Source: Paramoeba atlantica
Lineage: Eukaryota; Protista; Discosea
Direction of reading: 5' to 3'
DNA length: 64,000 nt
Assembly (NCBI GenBank): GCA_977017575.1
Contig: CDRNVI010000002.1
Coordinates: 558,001-622,000, forward strand
Shown here: in pieces, positions 31,615 through 41,771 of the stretch
Layout of the letters: each line of letters starts with the position of its first letter
Numbering within the stretch: the stretch's first letter is position 1
Position numbers and translations under genes: made by a program
The notes under the pieces: model-generated
What the model saw: the letters and a program-made list of their open reading frames with translations, nothing else
Database searches by the model: none
What the model was told of the DNA's origin: nothing

Positions 31615-34600
31615 TTACACCTCCGTAGGAGAGAGCGGATCCTCAGGAAGTAAACGAGTAACCATCATGCGCGCCTGAAGGCGCATGAGGGTGACGTTCA
31701 GCTCCGTAAAGATTCTGCTCGTGGCTTCCCCTTCTGTCAATAACCCACACGAGGCATGTGAGAGACGTTCCCCAACTTTGCGGATCACTGCTGAAGCACT
31801 GGGGCTCCAGGCGCCATAGCTTTCGACCACCATGGCCGTAAAGTCACACCCGGCGTCAACGGCTTCCCGGCGCTGCCTACCCTTCTCCATGGAGGAATAA
31901 TGCTCGGCAAACGACCCCGCGGTTACCCAGCTAGCGTTCCGGACTTTGTCCGTATATTTTAGTTGCTGAGCATGGGTGACCGCGAAGTCAAGCACGATGG
32001 GATTCCCCAAGAAAAGACTGCGCAGGTATACGTCGCCAGGTCTGGTGAGGGCCCCCCCTGGGCCTCTGTTGCCAAGACTTTTCTCCCGTTGTGGGGACAG
32101 TTTGGCTCTGCTGCAAAGGTCCGTGAACTGATCTGCCACGGCATTGTGCCTCGCGATAATTCCGTTGTCGTGCTTGCAAGACAATGCGTGGTCCCCTTTT
32201 GTGTCGAGTGGAAGAGGGCATTTCGGCATAGGACACTTCCCTTCTTCAGGGTAAACATCGATCCCTAACCACCAACGGGCCAAGGTTCGAAATGCTGTAG
32301 GGGTAAAGGAATACCCCATGTCCTTAGACGGGGTTACAAAAGCCCAGCTGCTTGCCCCTTTACCGCACTGAGATATCCATCGTGCTCGTGTCCGCACATC
32401 TGACATTTCGTATGATTGGGAGAAATCGTGGGCCGCGATCGCGTAGCTGATGTCTCGCTGGCGAGGGATCTTCCCTTTCAACCATTGCGGGGGGGTCGTA
32501 TCAGCACAATCCTCCGAGGCGTACAGCGGTGTAGAAAAGTGTATTTCCTCAGGTGTATGCATGGTGCGGGAAGTTATGCGCAGGGGTAGGCAGATCTCCG
32601 AGGGAGGCTGATCGATGACACCTAGGGGGCGTTTCCTCTTTCTATGGGAGAAAGGGCTGCCAACTGCTTTTTCGCAAGGGGCGTTCGGCGCTGTGAGGAT
32701 ACGGCCTCGCGAGTCAAGTAAAGATATTCCGGCCTTCTTGTTGATATCCCTGACAGCTTCCGCGAATCCATCTGCGTCAGTGGGGTTCCATGAGTCTCTG
32801 GCCGCACAGAAAGCGACGGAAGATACGTAGGCGGCCGTGGCATGCAACGCTGCGGACCTTAATCCAAAACCGCCGTGCCGCTTCAAACGCTGTACCTGAG
32901 ATCGCGCGTGGCGATCCAGGGGGCAAATTATTGCTTCGGTAGCAGTCATAAGAAAGCCGTCGAGTCGGGTGCATAGATGGGTTATGGCTTGGGGCGGTGT
33001 ACTTCTCAGAGCGTACACCATCTTGCAAAACCCAGCACACTGTCTGATAAGGGCAAGTGCGACCTGTGGGTCCCGGATGGTGGCTATCGCGTCAAGCGTG
33101 TCCTCCGCGGGGCCTATGGCATGTGTCTCGAGGTACTCTGAGCAATGTTCTGGCGATCCCACCGGGCTCCCAAGGATGTCGAAATTGCCGTGGACATTGA
33201 TCTTATTGGAGGGGATATCTGGAAATTCGGAGGCGTGGTGTGCCGATGCCGGGGGTGTAACGATCTCACATTTAGACATGTTAAGATGTAAACCCCATTG
33301 TGGACCTACTCGGGCAATCGTGTCGAGGGCGTTCCTAACGTCTTGCGCTTGTCCAATGAGGACGCCGTCATCGAGGTACCATAACTGGGCAAAGAGGTTA
33401 GCCTGAAGAGCAATTGCTTCTGCGAGCGCTAAGGACACTAGCGAGAAGAGTAGCGGTCCTAAAGGGTCGCCCTGTTGCACTCCCTCTTCAGAAGAAAGTG
33501 ATCGGAGTCCATAGGTGAGGGAGCTGGGGTTCGAGTAACACCAGCTTATCCATGGGAATAGCTCTGGGAAGTGCTCTTGGACTAGAGGAAGAAAACAAGT
33601 CCTGCTCACGTTGTTGAAAACGTTCCGTAGGTCAACTTTGCAGAGTACAAAGTTGGAGCAGTCCATGTTTGATGAGATGGCCAAGCGGCACATGTGGATA
33701 ATGCGTTCATTCCCAGCTGGGGTAGCCACACCAAATTGCCGTCCTGCAAAAAGAGTTCTAGCCTTGGACCTGACTGCGTTGCATGCAGCCTTGCTCACTA
33801 ACCGTCGCAAAGTTTCCCCGGCGGCAATTGGGCGAACGTCGTTTTCACCTTTCTCTAGGGCACACAGTCGGGCTCCCGCAAAGTGACTCTGTACTTCCTT
33901 TGGTGCTTTTCCTGCGAGGAGATGATTAGCGAGCTTCGTAAGGGATTCGAGTGGGTCTGTGTTCTTGCCTCCGTGGGTAAGGAGCGCTGCCTGTAAATGC
34001 TCGGGGCGTAATCCCAAGGTACCCGCGGAGGAGCCTCTGTGAAAGCCCTTGATTGCCTTCGCGATTTCAGATTCATCCAACTCCAGGGGCTCTGCTGCGG
34101 GGAAAAAGTTGGCGGCCCCCGGAACGAGCAAACGGCAGGGGTGCTTTTCTTGTAATTTAGAGAATGTGTCGTCGTCGTCCGGAGCCATGGGGTCTGACGT
34201 TAGAGCAGCCATGCCTCTGGAATATTCTCCCTGTCGAGCAAGGAGTTCTGCCCTTAGTGCTGCTTTTTCATCTTCATCACTATCCTCGGTAGGAGTTACT
34301 TTCTTTTTGCGGTAGTTCGTCGTGGCCTCTTGCCATAGGGAGGAATAATCCAACGCAAGCCAACGCTGCATGCAACTGTAGGCGTGGGAAGCGTAAGCCA
34401 TGTGACCTTTGCGTCCTCCACGGCGCGGGGCGGGAAGGACACATTTAGGCAACATGGCCAACAAGGTCCATGACTGCAGCGTATTTTCTTTGACGGCGTT
34501 ATCCATGGCCTCTGTAAGAATTTCGCCCCACAACTGGCGGCATCGATGCGGTACGTCTTTGCACGTACTAAGGGGTAGTGAGCAGATATTGGATAAAGAT

Positions 34601-35607
34601 GGAAGCTCGAGCTGCGTGGTTCCATCCACCAGGGTGGGGCTGTCTTCCTCAGAAAGGGTTTCGGCGTGAGGTTCGGGTAGTGAGGAGGCCTTTGTTGCTT
34701 GGCAGCTATGAGAGTGAGATGAACGCTTGCTTTTATCATAGTTACGCCCGCAAGAGGAACATACGAAGCGACCCTCCCCCTCCCACCACTCTGCAGGAAT
34801 GCTGCTTCCATGCCGGCAAGCGACGTGGTTATAGAAAGCTTGCCACGACCCGCCATGCGGTAAGCTCCGCCATGAGCATCCCTGGGCTGGGCACTCTCGA
34901 GCGTCGACCCTATTGCAGGGTAGGGGTGTATCTTGTGAGCTGGTGGGGCCATGTTCCAGTTGTTTTTGACTCACTTCCGCTGAGTCAACGTCTTCTTCAC
35001 ACCTGTTAGCTGGGAACGTTCCTTGTTGCTGCGACAGCGGGAAATAAGGGGGAGTTTGTTCGTGAACGGCGGTCCCAGCGGATGGATCGAGCTCCATTGC
35101 AGGAGAATCTCCTCTATCGCATGGGTCCTTGTCGTGTGCCCTAAGGTCCGACGCTTCGCCTCTAATGGGCGTGGTTTTCTCTCGCGTCTTGGTGGTTTTT
35201 ATGATGCCTCGAATATGTCCTTTAGCGCAGGGAGGTATAGTGGTTACTCGACGTCGAGAGAACTTCCTTGCGACAGAATCCTTTTCAGACTGTGGTGATT
35301 GGGTGTTGTGATCTGGGCCGATAAGCACACGAGAGTGATTTGATTCTTCATCGCTGCCATCTTCGCGTCCTGTATCAGGCGTCGGTTTTTCGTGGGAAAT
35401 CAAAGCAGCATTTTTGCACCAGTCATGAGGAATATTCGCAGGTATAGGAGTTGTGTATAGTAGTTCATTGTAGGTACTCGGCTGTTTAATGAGATGCGCA
35501 TTACCCGCGAACTGGTCCCAGGATCCTGTTTTATGAGTCGCCTCCTAATGCAAAAACGAATCGTCATCCATAGGAGATGGCTCTTCAAAGTGGTCTTCGC
35601 CTGACAT
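31615..35607 (-). pseudogene. CRE A5 polyprotein; ATG at 35607, premature TAG at 35545-35547, otherwise open
   Basis: N-terminus MSGED..PMDDDSFL..WDQFAGNAHLI matches A3 and A4. Zinc-finger, RT and RLE motifs intact. Confidence 0.9.
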
Positions 35608-35653
35608 AGAACGAACCGCGTACCTGAAAAAGGATGAAATATAGAAAATAATT

Positions 35654-35689
35654 CAACAAGGTACAGAAACTGTATCTTTATCGTTAAAG
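35654..35689 (-). other. SL exon-like sequence at 5' end of CRE A5
   Basis: Reverse complement identical to 12940-12975. Confidence 0.8.
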
Positions 35690-35692
35690 ACG

Positions 35693-36165
35693 TTTTTTTT
35701 TTTTTTTTTTTTGCAGTTAATAAGGGGGGAGAAGTATGAATCGCGGCATTGCCTCTATATTTTGACCCAGTAGACGAACCAAGTAGGTCCATTGGGGGGG
35801 AATACGAGTTGAAAACAAGTAAATTTTTTTTTTTATATGATTTTAAAACAAGCAATCAAATTAGCAATTTCATATTTTGGAGCCCAAAACTAGCAATTCG
35901 ATCTCCCGTAAGTATAAGAACATTAAAAACAATAACAATAAAAACAAGCAATATATGCCCAATCCATTCGCGCGTTCCGGACCGGGTCTTTCGACCTCTC
36001 CACGGCCTGACTTGTGAACCCTTCCCTTGTTATATGGGAGGGCGCAGGCGCGGGCCTGTGTCGACAGCGACACGGTCGCGAAACAGGATGCTGGCCGACG
36101 GGGAGGAAGTTTTAGTTCCCGACCCATGTCCTACCTCACTTGGAGTACCTAGCCCTTGAGGGCGA
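35693..36165 (-). mobile_element. Tail-only group-A variant copy
   Basis: Common core with a variant hairpin (GGGAA/TTCCT), common distal end, poly(A). Confidence 0.85.
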
Positions 36166-36222
36166 TATTTTTTTATTTTTTTATTTTTTTTTTTTTTTTT
36201 TTTTTTTTTTCCTATTTTTTCC

Positions 36223-37754
36223 TACCATTGCATATAAAGCCTGACATTCCCCGAATAGATCTTGAAAAAGTTCGAAAATGGATGAACCCAGCGACTTTGT
36301 ACCGTTTCGAAGAGGTCTGGGATATGTTGACTAAGCTCCCGGAGGGGACAACGAAAACTGGTCGGGTGAGCGGGGGGCTTGCGAATGAGGATGTTCGCGC
36401 TCTTGTTGAACATGGAATTATTTCCCGCGTCGGGGAAAATGAATTGGTGGACCGTCCAACGATGCAAGAGATTATTCCCTTTTCAGTAGTTGAACGCACA
36501 GATGATGGAGAATCCCAGAGGCGAAGATTCATAGCTTGGACGCGAGTCGACAATATGTCGTTAAAAGAATATGAGCCGTACGTGCCTCTCTCACATCCAG
36601 CGTATTATCTACATAATGTAAGCTCTTCATTCGCAGTCAAACGTGACCTGGCGTGTAGTTTCTTTCAGATTGGACTACCCCTCGAGTCACGCGCAAAGTT
36701 TCGGTTCTCCCATGAGGGAGAAATGTACGAAATGACAGTAATGCCTATGGGTCACAGATGCGCGCCCGAAATTATGCACACAGTGACCGCCACTATAGCG
36801 GGTCATTCCCACTATTGCAAGCAATCACATGGCTTTACTTCGTCAGCCATTGATGTATATATTGATGGCGTTCGGTTCGCAGGCTCTTTCAATGCTGTAC
36901 AACATTACGAGAACTTTATCGATCAAAGGGCAAAAAGCATAAGCGCGAAATTCAAATCCGCAGAAGGTTATCCACTGACGAAATATGTTTATAACGGCGT
37001 GCTTTACGACCATCAAGCGCATAAGGTCGCACTTGGACCGAAGGTGTTGTCTAAAATAGAGGCGAACCATTTTGGAATACTGACGTACAGTGATCTTGAA
37101 GCCTGTGTTGGCCGTTTTATCTACTCGTCCGCGATATTAGGAATGAACCTCCCCCGCTTTCACAATATTTTACGGATCACGCGACGCCGCATAAACGAGC
37201 TGAATCGCTACCCTTTATTGGCGGATGTTGCTGTGCCATTATCCAAGGTTACTAGGTGTGGTCTAGCAAAATGGAGAGACGAGTTACGAGCTAATATACC
37301 CGTTGCTCCTCAACCTCGACCGGATACAGTCGTTCACCAACATGTTTTGTACACCGATGCCTCCAAGGTTGGATGGGGAGGGGTGTTGTACACGGACTAT
37401 GGAGAAATGATCTGTGTCGGCGGTAAGTGGGATGCATCGTTTGACTATGAAGTCAATCGGGCAGAAACTCGTGCCGTTTATCTTAGTATTGAAAAATTAA
37501 AACACCACTTTCGGGAAGGGACGTGTCTAGATTTATATGTAGACAACGTTTCGTGCATGGCAGCCGTCAATAGGAAAATATCGAAATCTTCCGGCGTTTC
37601 TGACGAACTTGAAAAGGTTTTGAATGTAATTAAAAAGCAAGGAATTGCCGTAGATGCGCGGTACGTGAGCACGAAAAGTAACCCTGCGGACAAAATCAGC
37701 CGACTTCGTTATGCCGAGGCAGACCCTGATAATGCGAAAGGGGTGGAAAGTTAG
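36223..37754 (+). CDS. RT/RNase H of Y1 (3' portion)
   Basis: KRDLACSFFQI, PMGHRCAP, YIDG. RNase H: YTDAS, NRAE, YVDN, NPAD. Confidence 0.9.
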
Positions 37755-37770
37755 TAGCGAGAGGGTGGTG

Positions 37771-37961
37771 GCGCCGGCCAGGCGCGATGCCCTATCGTAT
37801 AGTTTTGATTTAGGTAGTTTATATTATAGGTCGACAAAACGAATGTTGATATCATTCTATTCTGCAACTATATGTTTTGATAGTTATTGTAAACCTTACC
37901 CTGAATGGGCGTATACTTTATATAGGATCTCTACAAAGTACGATATTCACACAAAATGAAA
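37771..37961 (+). repeat. Split direct repeat B1 (B2 at 38200-38390)
   Basis: 191-bp sequence, apparently identical in both copies. Confidence 0.92.
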
Positions 37962-38390
37962 TTCTAAGAGTTTACGAAAAGAATTTTAGGAAGTGTGCAG
38001 TGGTTAACGTGTTTCATGCACGCACCAACCAGTGCAATCTTGAATACATCTTTAGCATATACTGCACTTTTACGCATAAACTTTACGTGTAATGTACTTT
38101 TGTTTCGTTATTTCATATAATATTTCTTAGAAGAAGATTCTTAGGACAATATTTTCTTCACTTTACTTCGATAATTTTTGCGCCCACCCACCGGCCCCCG
38201 CGCCGGCCAGGCGCGATGCCCTATCGTATAGTTTTGATTTAGGTAGTTTATATTATAGGTCGACAAAACGAATGTTGATATCATTCTATTCTGCAACTAT
38301 ATGTTTTGATAGTTATTGTAAACCTTACCCTGAATGGGCGTATACTTTATATAGGATCTCTACAAAGTACGATATTCACACAAAATGAAA

Positions 38391-40189
38391 TTCGAGGAAT
38401 AATTGGTGATTATAAGGAATGCAATTATGATGAGAAAAATCTTATATGGAATCGCGCCTTATCAGCCGTTAAGTACTCACTCACAACCGTCCAGATAGCC
38501 GAGGCCAGACGCAGACGGCGACGTCCACTGAAAGAAAACCTTGAATCGACCACATCGCCTCAACAAGAAATCGACAAACGAGCAATTAAAAAAGCTATTC
38601 GATTAGTGCTGGAAGGTGCAGTCTCAAAAGCCACTAAAGTACTAGACAGGAAAATCAAGCCAAATACTCTATCCGACGAAGAAATTTTCTCCCAGCTTAA
38701 AACATTGCATCCGGATGGCCCGATTACATTTCAGTTGCCTCATGATGCACCCCAAATCGCATGCATTACAACCGAGGAGCTCCGTTCTGCAGGACGTCGT
38801 TTGGCAAAGGGGGCAGCACCAGGCCCCACAGGACTGACCGACGGCATCATTCGTCTACTGTTAGATGATGAAGTCTGTTGCATAAACTTAAGCCACATGC
38901 TTCTCGATTTAATCAATGGGTGTCTGTCCAAACAGCTCATGACACGCCTGCGACGCGCTCGACTTGTTGCCCTCCCCAAAGCCGAAGGTCGCGTACGGCC
39001 TATTGCGATGGGAGAAATCCTCCTAAAGCTTGCTGGCCTTGTTCTGCTGCAACGCAACGAAGGGACTCTAGAAAGTCTCTTCAAGCCAATGCAACACGGC
39101 GTAATGATGAACGGAGGATGTGAACAAGTGGTCCATAAACTACACGCTTTGTACAATGACGGACATGCAATTCTTTCTCTGGATGTCAAGAATGCCTTTA
39201 ACGTCCCCACCCGCGACGACATTGCGAAAGCAATGTTTGCCTTCCACACGATGAAACCATTCCAAAGACTGTTTCACACCGAATATTCAGAGAGCTCGGA
39301 GTTGTTATTCTACGGTTCAAGTGGCAACCTCCATGGAATGGTTAATAGCACAGCAGGGGTCCGACAGGGTTCATCGTTATCCACGTTATACTTCTGTACG
39401 TTTTTCCAGCCATTGCTGGAAACGATGGCACATGAGTTTCCCGAACTATATATCTACGCATACATCGATGACGTAAATTTTGCTTCTAAAGATCCTGCGC
39501 TCATTAGCACGGCTTTCCAGCGGTTTAAGGTACTTCTTCAGGAGAAAAGAATAGAGCTGTCATGCCAAAAATGCGTTTGGTTCACCGGGAAGAATGACAT
39601 CGCAATGCCTGATACTCTAGAGTGTCAAGGCACTTCAACAGAAGCTAAAGCCGCTAAATTTCTCGGTGCCTTTGTTGGGGAGAATCAATCCGTGAGTTCG
39701 AAATTAGTTCAACAACTCGAAAAACATGACACCATTTTCCGGAGGCTGGAGGCCATGGGCGCTAATAATATTTCACTACGGTTACTATCGAAAAGCGTTA
39801 ATGTAAGGCAAAATTACCACATAAGGGTGCACCCCCCACAAGCCTCCCTTGACCTGACCAGAAATTTTGACGAAAAGGTTAACAGCGTATTACAGTCATG
39901 GTTTGGCAACCTAACTGCCGAGCAAATTTTATGGATGCGGCTGCCACTAAAGAAAGGTGGCTTAGGCCTGAGTCCAACAGAACCCTTTCGCCAAACGGCA
40001 TACGAGACCTCTAAAAGCATCTCTCTTGAGCATTTTAATCTTAATTCAGCTCGGGAGTGCTTACTAGCGGCCCCTAAACCCGTCGGCGAGAATTCGATTA
40101 CGGACTCTAAGGCCAACACTGCATTATACCACGAAAACATTCGTACACGTCTCATGTTGAACCCAAAGACGGTGTCTGCCATCCTGTCC
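38391..40189 (+). pseudogene. RT region of SLACS-like B1
   Basis: APGPTG, RPIAMGE, LDVKNAFN, GVRQGSSLS, YIDD, KGGLGL. Confidence 0.9.
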
Positions 40190-40367
40190 TAATAGTCCAC
40201 GTTTTGAAATTTACCCGAGGGGCTGTTATGTATTTGCCTGCTGGCCCTTCGGGGCACATAATTTCTTCAAATTATGATTTGTGTTCTATAATTACATGGA
40301 TTGGATATTCTACTATTTCTTATATATCCTTGTTAGGTTGTTAGTCGTACTACGTTTAAGTTTTTGT

Positions 40368-41771
40368 ATGAGATCCCAACGATTGCGGGCTCCGTCGGAG
40401 CCACGACAGGAGCGCGATAGATCACCGAAGCGGAATAGGGCGCCGACACCCATTCAGACCTCCTCTTTCCAAGACCATTCCAAGCGTCAGTCCCTTTCGT
40501 GCCCTCCCGTGCGCCCCCCTCTCCCTCCTCTCCCCACGCAGCCGGCTCCGCAGGTATCCGCGCGACCTCCTCCGATTCCCCCTACTCCTGTCCCAGCGCG
40601 CCGAAAGGTACGCCCTTCTGGTAGAGCGCTCAGCCCCGCCCGCGAACCGCCTAGCCCTCTCCCTTCCAACCTTCCCAGTTTGCCTGCGAGCTCCCTCCCT
40701 AGCCCGTACCCATTTCCGCTGGAGGCTCCCGAGCCCCATATGCGACGAAGAGGAACCCTTAACCCTGACCAGGTTGAGGCTTCTCGCTCGCCGCGCCGTT
40801 ACGAGGCCCTTGACATTGACCACGTCGAGTTGCCTCAGCGTTCACGCTGTGATGCGCGTGGGATCATGACACAATCCAGCAAAGAAGAGTTCATCACGAA
40901 AGTAATTGAGCTTCTGCGCAAGGACTATGAGGTCACCGTCGAGGCTGTATGGTCCCTTCCCCGTGACGGCCTACGGCAGACGGTTATAGGGTTGGTGCAT
41001 ATGACGCATCCTAAGGACCCTAACTCAACTGAGTTGTTCGCCGAGTGGGATGGGGACAAGAACACTGCCTACCGTTTTCCCCATCCCGAGATCAACTACC
41101 ACTCTTTGGAACTGGCCCATGTTCGGGCGCAGATGCCGGGTGGGAAACCAGTTGAAGATCTGATCCCCACTTTTGAACGCGTCCGTATTACGGACCCGAA
41201 AGGCTTCTCCCCCTACGATCCGGTTACTTGGCAACCGTGGATCGACACGGATGATTTGTTCAAGCCACGTGAACTCATCCGTGAGCTGCGCGAATCTCCG
41301 CAGCTTGGGGTACGCTTCAACCCGCCGCCGCAGCGTGAGCGCCTGTTTAAAATGTTAACTGAATGGGTGTACGCTGCGTGTAATACGGAGGGATGGCTAG
41401 AGAAGCACAACCTCGCCGTAGCCCTTCTCATCATCGAAGAGCTTCGCAACCATTATTGGGCTGCGGCGGGCGTTGCTGTCGAGCGTGTGCAACAGCGTTT
41501 GCACCGTGACGACGACCCTCAGGACCGCTATGGTCAGCTTGTTGTGGACGAGCAACTGAGGGGCCGAACCGCTCAGCGTGCTCCCCGCCGACGAACCCAG
41601 GCGCCATATTGCTTCGCGTGCCACCAGTCTGGCCACTTCCGCTCAAACTGTCCCCAATCATCTCAACACCAAGGGGGACAGTTCCGCAGCCAACGAACCC
41701 CAGCCCAGGATTTTCGAGGCGGGGTGGTGGGCGGCGCCAACCGTTACGGCGCAACACGGGCTTTCCACTAG
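40368..41771 (+). CDS. Gag-like protein with CCHC knuckle (Y2); start codon uncertain
   Basis: CFACHQSGHFRSNC. VTVEAVW..YRFPH..DPVTW..RELIRELR shared with Y1 gag. Confidence 0.85.
   Translation: MRSQRLRAPSEPRQERDRSPKRNRAPTPIQTSSFQDHSKRQSLSCPPVRPPLPPLPTQPAPQVSARPPPIPPTPVPARRKVRPSGRALSPAREPPSPLPSNLPSLPASSLPSPYPFPLEAPEPHMRRRGTLNPDQVEASRSPRRYEALDIDHVELPQRSRCDARGIMTQSSKEEFITKVIELLRKDYEVTVEAVWSLPRDGLRQTVIGLVHMTHPKDPNSTELFAEWDGDKNTAYRFPHPEINYHSLELAHVRAQMPGGKPVEDLIPTFERVRITDPKGFSPYDPVTWQPWIDTDDLFKPRELIRELRESPQLGVRFNPPPQRERLFKMLTEWVYAACNTEGWLEKHNLAVALLIIEELRNHYWAAAGVAVERVQQRLHRDDDPQDRYGQLVVDEQLRGRTAQRAPRRRTQAPYCFACHQSGHFRSNCPQSSQHQGGQFRSQRTPAQDFRGGVVGGANRYGATRAFH

Larger units (their letters stand above)
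31046..35689 (-). mobile_element. Full-length CRE-clade element, family A5, with SL head and 14-bp TSD
   Basis: TSD AAGACGTTTTTTTT at 31040-31053 and 35687-35700. Common 3' UTR. Confidence 0.92.
25793..38393 (+). mobile_element. Tyrosine-recombinase retrotransposon Y1 (VIPER/TATE-like gag-YR-RT/RH order) with split direct repeats, interrupted at 28415-36222
   Basis: A1 25793-26010, B1 37771-37961, A2 37965-38182, B2 38200-38390. 13-bp TSD TACCATTGCATAT (28402-28414, 36223-36235) rejoins the RT frame at LPLH. Confidence 0.88.
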
